Shown here piece after piece: positions 8,914 through 17,360 of a stretch of DNA of 43,867 nt (its first letter is position 1; the number at the start of each line of letters is the position of its first letter). The DNA comes from an uncultured Gemmiger sp. (GTDB lineage: Bacteria > Bacillota > Clostridia > Oscillospirales > Ruminococcaceae). The translations under genes and the position numbers were made by a program. The notes under the pieces were generated by a model. The model was not told the DNA's origin and did not search any database. It saw nothing but the letters and a program-made list of their open reading frames with translations. The stretch lies in the NCBI GenBank assembly GCA_947628865.1, contig CANRBN010000001.1, forward strand, positions 1 through 43,867, written 5' to 3'.

Positions 8914-8942
8914 ATTATACTATCACAAACCCACAAATGCAA
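8914..8942 (-). promoter_or_regulatory. Sigma-A-type promoter for the adenylation/MBOAT operon
   Basis: TTGCAT-17 nt-TATAAT on the minus strand. Confidence 0.7.
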
Positions 8943-8978
8943 GTGCTATTTGTTGTTCAAAACCACAAAATACAGGGT

Positions 8979-9017
8979 AAAAATGCCGCACAGCGCAAAA
9001 GCTGTGCGACATTTTTT
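8979..9017. terminator. Rho-independent terminator
   Basis: aaaaatgccgcacagc-gcaaaa-gctgtgcgacattttt stem with A/T tails, at the stop codon of the 9017-9361 ORF. Confidence 0.75.
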
Positions 9018-9361
9018 TACAAAAGCAGATCCTGCATCCCCAGCTGCTGCGTACTGCGCGCAAAAAAACCGAGCTTGAGCAGGATGGGGTACAGATAACT
9101 GGCACCGTAGCAGTCGAGCTTTTTGGGGCCGGAGATGTCCTCCCCTTTTTCCAGCAGCTCGTCGATGCGGCGCAGCGCCGCGGCGACCGTTGCGATGGTG
9201 ATGGATTTTTTCCGGCGATCCACGAACAGCTCCCCGCCGCGAACGGTGTAGGTAAAGGGCAGGCCCTTGGCGGTGACGAACGTGTCGCCGGCGTGGGCGG
9301 CGAGCAGCTGCCAGACTTCCCGCAGCCGTGCATCCCCGTTTACATAAGCGGCTCTTGGCAT
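9017..9361 (-). CDS. Hypothetical protein
   Basis: 114-aa ORF with normal codon usage and globular-looking composition (F.TAKGLPFTY...GPKKL...GASYLYP). AAGAGG RBS. Confidence 0.7.
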   Translation of the reverse strand: MPRAAYVNGDARLREVWQLLAAHAGDTFVTAKGLPFTYTVRGGELFVDRRKKSITIATVAAALRRIDELLEKGEDISGPKKLDCYGASYLYPILLKLGFFARSTQQLGMQDLLL

Positions 9362-9371
9362 GGGATCCTCT

Positions 9372-9848
9372 TTACGTCTCGTCGGCGGCCTGCAGCGCCT
9401 GCGTCTGCTCGATCTCGGTGATCATGTCGACGCGGGCCTGATGGCGTCCGCCCTCATACTCCGCCTCCAGCCAGGCGTCCACGATCATTTTGGCCATCTC
9501 CGGGCCGATCACGCGTGCGCCGAAGCAGATGATGTTGGCGTTGTTGTGCTGCTTTGTGAGCCGCGCGGAATAGGGCTCGCTGCAGGCGCAGGCGCGGATG
9601 CCGTGCACCTTGTTGGCGGCAAGGCTCATGCCGATGCCGGTGCCGCAGATGAGCACGCCGCCGTCCGCCTTGCCGTCCGCCACCAGCCGCGCGACCCTGT
9701 AGGCGCTGACCGGATACTGGAAGCTGCCCGTTCCGTTGGTGCCGACATCGAGCACCTCTATCCCCTTTTTCGCAAGGTGATCCTTGATCTCCTGCTTCAT
9801 CGCGACCGCGGTGTGGTCGTTGCCGATGGCGATCGTTTTGGCTGACAT
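9372..9848 (-). CDS. rpiB: Ribose-5-phosphate isomerase B (RpiB/LacB family)
   Basis: IAIGNDH, ICGTGIGMS.AANK, HNNAN, GARVIG, GGRH..RV. Confidence 0.9.
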   Translation of the reverse strand: MSAKTIAIGNDHTAVAMKQEIKDHLAKKGIEVLDVGTNGTGSFQYPVSAYRVARLVADGKADGGVLICGTGIGMSLAANKVHGIRACACSEPYSARLTKQHNNANIICFGARVIGPEMAKMIVDAWLEAEYEGGRHQARVDMITEIEQTQALQAADET

Positions 9849-9899
9849 GTACTTTCGCATCCTTTCCCTGACTAAGAGCATCCGTATGCCTTTAGAGTA

Positions 9900-12002
9900 T
9901 CATTCCGGACATTGCCTGTCAACCGCAGCGGGCTCGAGGTAAAAATCCTGCCGACGTTCGCTCTGCACGAGCCAGCAGGGCTCACCGCCAAACAGCGCTG
10001 CGGGCAGCCGCCAGGGTCGGCCTGTGTCAAAATGGTCGGCCAGCAGGCGGGTGCCGTCGGCGTTGTAGAGCTGGGCGACATCGTATTCGCCGACGATCTC
10101 CACAAAGCCGGCATCGCCGTCAGCTTGAGCGCGGTACCAGCGCCGCGCGCGCGGCCCGCCGTAGCAAAGCTCCTCCGGGTACAGCGGGGCGAACGGCTCT
10201 TCGGCAGGCGTCAGCGTCAGCGTTGGCGGCGTGAACGGGCGGTGCACTTCATAGCGTTTGAAAGCGCCGTCCTCATATTTCCAATAGGCAAAACTGCCCG
10301 GCTGGATGCAGTGGATCGCACCGTCGAGGGCATAGACGTCGCACCCGTCGCCGAGATAGAGCGCGCCGTCCAGACGCCGCAGATACCGCGCCTGCGCGAG
10401 CGGCAGCGTGACGATGCGGATGCCGCCGTATGTGAGGACTTTCTCGATCGTGCAGGCTGACGAGAGGATCGTTTCCCGCCCGTCCGGCGCGGCAAAGGCG
10501 TACCGTGCCGGGATGCCCTCAACGGACGCAAAGAAAAAGGTATCGCCCTGCCGGCAGATCGGCTGCGCGGTGGCCCAGCGCAGATGCACGCCGCCCAGCT
10601 CGATGTGCGCCGGAAAAAAGAAGCAGATATCCCCGCACACGTCCACGGGCGGGAAATCGACGCCCGGCGCGTGCAGCACCGCACTGTGCACGTCGTTCAG
10701 CCGGCAATGGCGCTGATGATGGTTGACAAAGACAAAGCTGCTTTCCCCATCCGTACGCAGGCCGCAGCGCAGATGCTCGCTATCCGTGCACGGGATGAAG
10801 GGCACGGCGGGCGCGTGCCCCATGGGCGCCAGAACGGCCCCGAAATCCTGTGCAAAAAGATGCAGAAGATTTAAAAGCCCATATTGCGCGCGTGCCTCGC
10901 CGAACTGGCTTAGGCAGGTGCCGAAATCATAATCCAAAATGGGCAGATCGTTGGGATAGCCGGTGGCCTTGGATTCCTGAAAGGTGGAATGCTTGCCGAT
11001 CTTGTTGGTGCCGCCGTGGTACATGTAATAGCCGATGAGATTGTTGCCGCAGCCCAATTTGACGAGCGACATCGCATAGGCATCCATCGGGCTGACGATG
11101 GGCCGCCGCTTGTGTGTCGGCTGCAGGCCGCAGCCCATCTCGCAGATGGCAAAGGGATAGCGCTCATACGGCAGGCGCCAGCCGTCGGTATCATACAGCT
11201 CGTCGGTGCCGGCCCAGACGGCGCTGTCATTGCGGATGGTGACAAACGAATAGAGGTAGGAAAGCGGCAGCTCCTCGGTCGTGTCGTCCCAGGGGTGGTC
11301 GGCATAGGCGGAAAAGACCGGTAGCACCTCGTCGACCGGCAGGCGCGCGCCATACTGGTTGTTCCAGCCGGTCGCCGTGTAAAGCGGTACGTCGAAGCCG
11401 ATCTCTCTGGCCAGTTCTTTCAAGGCAAGGATGTGGTCGGCGCCGTCGGTGAGCTCATTTTCGATCTGCAATCCGATGACCGGCCCGCCGTCCTTATAGA
11501 GAAGCCCCTTGACCTGCTCGTACACAGCCTCGAACCAGGCGCGTGCCTTTGCCATATAGCGCGCATCGTTCGTGCGCAGCGGCAGGCCGCTGTTTTGCAG
11601 CCAGTCCGGGAAGCCGCCGTTGCGGCACTCGCCATGTGCCCAGGGCCCAATGCGCAGCACCACGTCGAGCCCCTGCGCCGCACATTCTGTAAGGAACGCG
11701 CGAACGTCGAGATCGCCGTCTAAGCGCAGCCGGCCCTCCTCTTCCTCGTGGTAGAGCCAAAAGGTATAGGTGGCAATGATATTGACGCCGCCGGCCTTGA
11801 TCTTGGCAAGCTCCCGCCGCCAGTTGGCGCGGCTGTCACGGCTGAAATGATACTCCCCCATCACCGGGATGACGGGCCTGCCGCCGCGCAGGATATAGCG
11901 GCTGTTGACGCGGATCTCTTCGCCCCGGTCATTCACGCCGCCAAGGCGCAGATGCCCCTCCAGCACAGGCGTCGGCGCATACGCCGCAAAGCGGATCTCC
12001 AT
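9900..12002 (-). CDS. Beta-galactosidase (GH35 family)
   Basis: GEYHFSR, RIGPWAHGE.RNGG.PDW, QIENE acid/base, YYMYHGGTN. Confidence 0.88.
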   Translation of the reverse strand: MEIRFAAYAPTPVLEGHLRLGGVNDRGEEIRVNSRYILRGGRPVIPVMGEYHFSRDSRANWRRELAKIKAGGVNIIATYTFWLYHEEEEGRLRLDGDLDVRAFLTECAAQGLDVVLRIGPWAHGECRNGGFPDWLQNSGLPLRTNDARYMAKARAWFEAVYEQVKGLLYKDGGPVIGLQIENELTDGADHILALKELAREIGFDVPLYTATGWNNQYGARLPVDEVLPVFSAYADHPWDDTTEELPLSYLYSFVTIRNDSAVWAGTDELYDTDGWRLPYERYPFAICEMGCGLQPTHKRRPIVSPMDAYAMSLVKLGCGNNLIGYYMYHGGTNKIGKHSTFQESKATGYPNDLPILDYDFGTCLSQFGEARAQYGLLNLLHLFAQDFGAVLAPMGHAPAVPFIPCTDSEHLRCGLRTDGESSFVFVNHHQRHCRLNDVHSAVLHAPGVDFPPVDVCGDICFFFPAHIELGGVHLRWATAQPICRQGDTFFFASVEGIPARYAFAAPDGRETILSSACTIEKVLTYGGIRIVTLPLAQARYLRRLDGALYLGDGCDVYALDGAIHCIQPGSFAYWKYEDGAFKRYEVHRPFTPPTLTLTPAEEPFAPLYPEELCYGGPRARRWYRAQADGDAGFVEIVGEYDVAQLYNADGTRLLADHFDTGRPWRLPAALFGGEPCWLVQSERRQDFYLEPAAVDRQCPE

Positions 12003-12119
12003 CTTGCCACTCCCCTTTTGTTTGTTCCTCGCAAGCCATTTGCGACCACGCTACACCGATTGTACGACAAAACCCTTTCGCGCGCAAGCGTCTGCGAAAA
12101 GATGAAGGCTGAAAACGCA

Positions 12120-12157
12120 AAAAATCCATCCTGACGATTCCATCAGGATGGATTTTT
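12120..12157 (-). terminator. Terminator downstream of tRNA-Pro
   Basis: aaaaatccatcctga-cgattcca-tcaggatggattttt is a perfect 15-bp inverted repeat. Confidence 0.8.
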
Positions 12158-12181
12158 GTGCTGAAGCCTTCGCCCCGCTTT

Positions 12182-12258
12182 TGGTCCGAGTGGCGAGAGT
12201 CGAACTCACGGCCTCTTGAACCCCATTCAAGCGCGCTACCAAACTGCGCTACACCCGG
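12182..12258 (-). tRNA. tRNA-Pro(GGG)
   Basis: CCGGGTG acceptor stem pairing with CACTCGG-A-CCA, D arm AGCGCAGTTTGGTAGCGC, anticodon arm CTTGA-ATGGGGT-TCAAG, GTTCGA T loop, encoded CCA. 77 nt. Confidence 0.96.
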
Positions 12259-12288
12259 GCATGGCGGGCGTTCGGTTCAGCAATAGTC

Positions 12289-12317
12289 ATTATAGCCATT
12301 CGCACGCGGGTTGTCAA
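12289..12317 (-). promoter_or_regulatory. Consensus sigma-A promoter of tRNA-Pro
   Basis: TTGACA-17 nt-TATAAT, an exact consensus match. Confidence 0.85.
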
Positions 12318-12350
12318 GGCCTCTGGCGGAATTTTGCCCGCCCCGGCGAT

Positions 12351-13481
12351 TCACCGCCCGAACGCGGCGGCGCATTCCCTGAGGCGCTCGATCACGTTGA
12401 TCTGCTGCGGGCAGGCATTCTCGCACTGGCCGCAGGCGACACAGGCGGAGGCCGGGCTGGCAGAGGCCGTCAGGGCCGCATACTCCCCTGCCCCCTGCTC
12501 GAGCTGGCCCCAGACGAGCTGGCAGTTGCGGGCGGCAAAGATCTCGGGGATGGGGATCTGCATCGGGCAGCCGGCTGTGCAGTAGTGGCAGGCCGTGCAG
12601 GGGATGGATCTGACGCCGCTGATGGCCTCCTGTGCTTTGTGGATGGCGGCCTGCTCGGCGGCGCAGAGGGGCTTGAAATCTTTCATGTAGGAAAGATTGT
12701 CCGCCATCTGTTCTACGTTCGACATGCCGGACAGCACCGTGATGATGCCCTCGAGCGAGGCCGCAAAGCGGATGGCCCAGGAGGCGCAGGAGGCGTTCGG
12801 GTCGGCGCCGTGCAGGATATCCCGCACGGCGGGGATCGGCTCGGCCAGGGCGCCGCCCTTGACCGGCTCCATCACCACGATGGATTTGCCGTGGCGGCGC
12901 GCGACCTCATAGCAGGCGCGGGAGGCGACTCTTTCGTTCTCCCAGTCGGCATAGTTGATTTGCAGCTGCACGAATTCGGCGTCCGGATGGTCGGTCAGCA
13001 GCTCGTCCAGAATCTCCGGCGTCGCGTGGAACGAAAATCCCCAGTGTCGGATGAGGCCTTTGGCTTTCTGCTCGCGGACAAAATCCCAGATGCCGAAATC
13101 CTCGTACATCCTGTAATTGCCGGATTGCAGGGCGTGCAGCAGATAATAGTCAAAATAACCGGCGCCCGTGCGCTCCAGGCTGGTAAAAAGCTGCTGCTTC
13201 GCATCCCGTTCATTGGGATGCTCCCCCGCCCAGGCACAGAGCTTGGTGGCGAGCGTGTAGCGCTCGCGCGGGTAACGGTCTACGAGGGCCGCTTTCGCGG
13301 CGCGTTCGGAGTCGCCGCCGTCGTAGACGTAGGCGGTGTCAAAGTAAGTCAGGCCGGCCTCCATGAACAGATCGACCATCTGCTTGACCTGCTCGATGTC
13401 GATGCTGCCGCTGCCGTCCTTGGGCAGGCGCATGAGGCCGAAGCCGAGCTTGGGGGTGCTTTCGCCAAAATAGTGTTCCAT
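12351..13481 (-). CDS. Aldo/keto reductase with C-terminal 4Fe-4S dicluster domain
   Basis: LGFGLMRLP, YFDTAYVY, YLLHAL, MEPVKGG, CTACHYC..CP and CVACGQCENACPQ. Confidence 0.9.
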   Translation of the reverse strand: MEHYFGESTPKLGFGLMRLPKDGSGSIDIEQVKQMVDLFMEAGLTYFDTAYVYDGGDSERAAKAALVDRYPRERYTLATKLCAWAGEHPNERDAKQQLFTSLERTGAGYFDYYLLHALQSGNYRMYEDFGIWDFVREQKAKGLIRHWGFSFHATPEILDELLTDHPDAEFVQLQINYADWENERVASRACYEVARRHGKSIVVMEPVKGGALAEPIPAVRDILHGADPNASCASWAIRFAASLEGIITVLSGMSNVEQMADNLSYMKDFKPLCAAEQAAIHKAQEAISGVRSIPCTACHYCTAGCPMQIPIPEIFAARNCQLVWGQLEQGAGEYAALTASASPASACVACGQCENACPQQINVIERLRECAAAFGR

Positions 13482-13497
13482 GCTGTTTCTCCTGTGG

Positions 13498-15168
13498 TCA
13501 CCGGGATTTTTCGATCAATTCGCGGGCATTGGCAAGGCCGATGTCGGTGACCTTGTCACCGGATATCATGGCCGCCAGCGCCTGCACGCGCTGTTCAAGG
13601 CCGAGCGGGGCGATATCGGTATAGGTGCGGCCCTCGCGCGCCGACTTGCTGATCAGGAGATGCTCGTCCGCAAAGGCGGCGACCTGCGGCGTGTGCGTGA
13701 TGCACAGCACCTGATGCCCGACCGAGGTTTTTTTGAGCACCTGCCCGATGCGGCCCGCCGCAAGGCCCGAGACGCCGGTGTCGATCTCGTCATAGATGAC
13801 GGTGGGGATGGCGTCGCGCTCGGCCAGCGCGCTCTTGAACGCGAGCATGATACGCGACAGCTCACCGCCCGAGGCGATCTTTGCCAGCGGCTTTGGCTCC
13901 TCGCCGACGTTGGCGGAGAGGAGAAATTCGAGCTTGTCCTGCCCGGACGAGGCGAGCGGGCCGCGCGCGTGCCGCAGCACGAAACGGATGCCGGGCATGT
14001 TGAGGAACGCGAGGGTCTCACACATCTCCCGATCAAGGCTTTCAAAGGCCTTGAGGCGGGACTGTGTCAGCGCCTCGGCGGCCTGCTTGGCCTGCGTATA
14101 CAGCGCACGCTTGCGCGCCTCGAGCTCCTGCGTGCTCTCCTGCCCGCCCTGCAAGCTCTCGAGCTCGGCGGCGGCGTGCTTCTCCAGCGCGATGAGATCC
14201 TCGAGCTCGGCGGCACCGTATTTCTTCTTGAGCCGGTACATAAGATCAAGGCGTGATTCCAGCTGTTCGAGCTCGTTTGGGTCGATATCGTAGGCGTCAC
14301 GCCGGTCGGCAAGGTCGGTGGCAAGCTCCCGCGCCGTGTAATAGAGGTTCGTGAACTGTTCCGCCTGCGCGGCGAGCGATGGGTCGAGGCGCGCGCTCTC
14401 GGCAAAGGCGGCGACCGCCCCGCCCAGCAGGTCGGCGGCGCCGGCGGCGTCCTCGTCCTGACCGCTCAGGGCCAGGTGGGCGGCTTCCAGCCCCGCCAAG
14501 ATCGTCTGCGCGTGGGTGATGACGCTTTTGCGCTCGTGGAGGGCCTGCTCCTCGCCGGGGGTGAACGCGGCGGCCCGCAGCTCCGCAAGCGTCGCCTCCA
14601 GCGCTTCGATGTGGGCGCGGCGTTCCGCCTCGCCGGCATTGCGCGCCTCCAGCTGGCGCATCACCGTGACGAGCTTGCGGTACAGGGCGTGATAGGCCGT
14701 GAACAGCTCCTCGTTGCGCGCATAGCGGTCGAGCAGGCTCAGATGGAGCGAGGGGTCGGTCAGATCCTGGCTGTCGTGCTGGCCGTGGATGGTGAGCAGC
14801 CCCTGCGAGAGCTGGCGCATCACAGCCGCCGTGGCCGGCATGCCGTTGATGCGGCAGGCGCCCCTGCCGTCCGCCGAGATCTCGCGGTACAGAAGCAGCG
14901 CGTCCTCGCCGGACTCGTATCCGCCGTCGGCAAGCTGGCTTTTGACCTGCTCCGGCAGGCCGGTAAAGGTGGCGCGGATGCAGGCCTTTGCGGCGCCGGT
15001 GCGCACGAGCTCGCGCGAGGTGCGGTTGCCGAGGATGGCGTTGATGGCGTCGATGAGGATGGATTTGCCGGCGCCGGTCTCGCCGGTCAGCACGTTCAGG
15101 CCGGGCGCAAAGCGGACCCGCGCTTTTTCAATGACGGCGACATTCTCGATATTCAGCTCCGTGAGCAT
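13498..15168 (-). CDS. recN: DNA repair protein RecN
   Basis: GETGAGKS Walker A, IHGQH, SGGELSR signature, DEIDTG Walker B, ITH.PQ. Confidence 0.95.
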   Translation of the reverse strand: MLTELNIENVAVIEKARVRFAPGLNVLTGETGAGKSILIDAINAILGNRTSRELVRTGAAKACIRATFTGLPEQVKSQLADGGYESGEDALLLYREISADGRGACRINGMPATAAVMRQLSQGLLTIHGQHDSQDLTDPSLHLSLLDRYARNEELFTAYHALYRKLVTVMRQLEARNAGEAERRAHIEALEATLAELRAAAFTPGEEQALHERKSVITHAQTILAGLEAAHLALSGQDEDAAGAADLLGGAVAAFAESARLDPSLAAQAEQFTNLYYTARELATDLADRRDAYDIDPNELEQLESRLDLMYRLKKKYGAAELEDLIALEKHAAAELESLQGGQESTQELEARKRALYTQAKQAAEALTQSRLKAFESLDREMCETLAFLNMPGIRFVLRHARGPLASSGQDKLEFLLSANVGEEPKPLAKIASGGELSRIMLAFKSALAERDAIPTVIYDEIDTGVSGLAAGRIGQVLKKTSVGHQVLCITHTPQVAAFADEHLLISKSAREGRTYTDIAPLGLEQRVQALAAMISGDKVTDIGLANARELIEKSR

Positions 15169-15199
15169 GGCTCTGCCCCCTTTCCCTGCCAAATCTTGC

Positions 15200-15667
15200 T
15201 CAGCCGCCGCTCTTGTAGCGGTTGAGCCGCTCGCAGATGGCTTTGGCCGCCGCCTCGGTGCGCATGAGGATGAAGAAGGTATCGTCGCCCGAGAGCGTGC
15301 CGACGACATCCTCCCACGCCTGCGAATCGAACACCTCGCAGGCGGCATTGGCCATGCCGGAAAAGCACCGCACGAGCACCATATGCCCGGCGTAGTCGAC
15401 GTGGATGAGCGCCTCGCGGAAGATGGTCTCAAAGCGGTTGCCGGGATGCGCGGTCTTGCCGGCGGCGCTGCCCGGCGCCATGTACCGATACCCGCCCCCG
15501 ACCGCCGATTTGACGAGCCGCAGCTCGCGGATATCGCGCGAGACGGTCGCCTGCGTGACATCGAACCCCGCGGCGCGCAGATGGGCAAGCAAGTCCTCCT
15601 GCCGGTCGATGGGGTATTTTTCAATGAGCTGCAAAATGGTTTCGTGGCGCTTGTGCTTGGCGGCCAT
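15200..15667 (-). CDS. argR: Arginine repressor
   Basis: VTQATVSRDIREL winged helix, GTLSGDDT. Confidence 0.93.
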   Translation of the reverse strand: MAAKHKRHETILQLIEKYPIDRQEDLLAHLRAAGFDVTQATVSRDIRELRLVKSAVGGGYRYMAPGSAAGKTAHPGNRFETIFREALIHVDYAGHMVLVRCFSGMANAACEVFDSQAWEDVVGTLSGDDTFFILMRTEAAAKAICERLNRYKSGG

Positions 15668-15681
15668 GGGCCTCACCTCTT

Positions 15682-16530
15682 TTAGTTGATGGAGAGCAGT
15701 TTGTTGACGACGGCGCGGAACTGCTCGGCGTGGTCAAAGCTGATGAGCGGCAGCGTGCTGTCGGCGATGGAGAGCTCCACGGCCTGCCCCGGCGTCAGCT
15801 CAATGGGGTTTTGGCTGTCGGCACAGAGGATGACGTTGTCGCGGTTTTCGGGCGCCGTCAGGATGCGCAGGCGCCGCCCCGCGGCAAAGACCAGCGGCGT
15901 GCGCCGCCCGCCCTGCGGGCAGATGGGGATGAGCTCCATCATCTGGGCCCAGGCGTCCAGCACGGCGCCGCCGGCGGAAAAGGCGTAGGCAGTCGAGCCG
16001 GTCGGCGTGGCGGCGATGATGCCGTCGCAGCGGTAGCGACCGACCGGCACGTCGTCGCACAGGATGGTGTAATCCATCGGGTGCAGGCGGCTTTTGCCGT
16101 AGAGAACGACATCGTTGATGGCGGTCTCGTGCCAATCCTGCTCCTCACAGGCGGCGGCCAGCAGGCTGCGCGGCTCAAGGGTGAACTCCCCTCTTGCAAG
16201 GCGCGTGACCTTTTCCGGCAGCTCGGCCAGCTCGCAGGTGGCCAAAAAACCCGTGCGCCCCAAATTGATGCCGAGCACCGGCTTGTGGTAGGTGATGCAG
16301 TCGGCGCCGGCCTGCAGCAGCGTGCCGTCGCCGCCGATGGTCAAAACGAGGTCGGCTTTTGCAAATGCCTCGGCGAGCGGTAGAAAGCAGATCTCCAGCT
16401 CGCGCAGCTCGACCGCGAACGCGGAGTCGGCCAGCACGGCGGCGCCGCAGCTCGAAAGCAGCGCCGCGGTCTGGCGTGTGACCGAGAAATCAGCATCCTT
16501 GATCCGGTTGGGATAAAGCAGTACCTGCAT
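15682..16530 (-). CDS. nadK: NAD(+)/NADH kinase
   Basis: GGDGT, GINLG..GFL, ND, DG...ATPTGSTAY..SAGG. Confidence 0.93.
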   Translation of the reverse strand: MQVLLYPNRIKDADFSVTRQTAALLSSCGAAVLADSAFAVELRELEICFLPLAEAFAKADLVLTIGGDGTLLQAGADCITYHKPVLGINLGRTGFLATCELAELPEKVTRLARGEFTLEPRSLLAAACEEQDWHETAINDVVLYGKSRLHPMDYTILCDDVPVGRYRCDGIIAATPTGSTAYAFSAGGAVLDAWAQMMELIPICPQGGRRTPLVFAAGRRLRILTAPENRDNVILCADSQNPIELTPGQAVELSIADSTLPLISFDHAEQFRAVVNKLLSIN

Positions 16531-16553
16531 CGTAAAAACCGCCTTTACCGTAT

Positions 16554-17360
16554 TCAATGGGCGTCCAGCTCGGCATGCGCGGCGCGCACGACGGCCTCGA
16601 TCTCGTCGGCAGCCGGCACGCGCGGCGCCCCGCTGTGGGAAAGATAGAGCAGGAATTCGATGTTGCCGGCCGGGCCCTTGATGGGCGAAAAATCCAGCCC
16701 CTCGACGCTGAAATGGTTTTGCTGCGCATAGCCGACGGCGGCGAGGAGCACCTCTTTGTGGATGGCAGCCTCCCGCACGACGCCGTTTTTGCCCACCTTG
16801 CCGCGCCCGGCCTCGAACTGCGGCTTGACAAGGCAGACGCCGTGTGCGTCCGGTGTGCAGATGGCGTCCGCCACCGGCAGCACCAGTCGCAGCGAGATGA
16901 ACGATACGTCGACGGTGAAAAACTCGATCGCGTCCGCAAGGTCGGCGGCGGTCACGCCCCGGATGTTGGTGCGCTCCATGTTGACGACGCGCGCATCGTT
17001 GCGCAGGCTCCAGGCGAGTTCGCCGTAGCCGACATCGACCGCATACACCCGCGCCGCGCCGTTTTGCAGCATGCAGTCGGTAAAGCCGCCGGTGGCGGCG
17101 CCGATGTCCATGCAGATCTTGCCCTCTACGTCGACGGGGAAGACCCGCATCGCCTTTTCGAGCTTGAGCCCGCCGCGGCCTACATAGCCGAAATCCTGCC
17201 CGCGAACCTCGACGGCGGCGCCGTCCGGCACCGTGTCGCCGGCTTTGTCGGCCTTTTGGCCGTTGATGTAGACGACGCCGGCCATGATGAGCGCCTTGGC
17301 GCGCTCGCGGCTTTGGGCAAGGCCGTTCTGGCAAAGGTACTGGTCAAGGCGCTGCTTCAT
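16554..17360 (-). CDS. tlyA: TlyA family rRNA methyltransferase
   Basis: S4 domain, RGGLKL, DIGA.TGGFTD, DVSFISL, LVKPQFE, GNIEFL. Confidence 0.93.
   Translation of the reverse strand: MKQRLDQYLCQNGLAQSRERAKALIMAGVVYINGQKADKAGDTVPDGAAVEVRGQDFGYVGRGGLKLEKAMRVFPVDVEGKICMDIGAATGGFTDCMLQNGAARVYAVDVGYGELAWSLRNDARVVNMERTNIRGVTAADLADAIEFFTVDVSFISLRLVLPVADAICTPDAHGVCLVKPQFEAGRGKVGKNGVVREAAIHKEVLLAAVGYAQQNHFSVEGLDFSPIKGPAGNIEFLLYLSHSGAPRVPAADEIEAVVRAAHAELDAH

Noticed and set aside
12182-12258. Shared sequence between tRNA-Pro and tRNA-Ala (cctcttgaa...attcaagcgc) as attL/attR of a 31-kb island
   Set aside because: Both are tRNA genes with similar anticodon stems, the DNA between them is core housekeeping, and there is no integrase.
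13498-17334. N-terminally extended RecN (708 aa) and NadK (550 aa), likewise XseA (495 aa) and the 383-aa nitroreductase ORF
   Set aside because: The extensions overlap upstream genes in other frames and are low-complexity. The downstream ATGs give normal family lengths, so these are not fusions.
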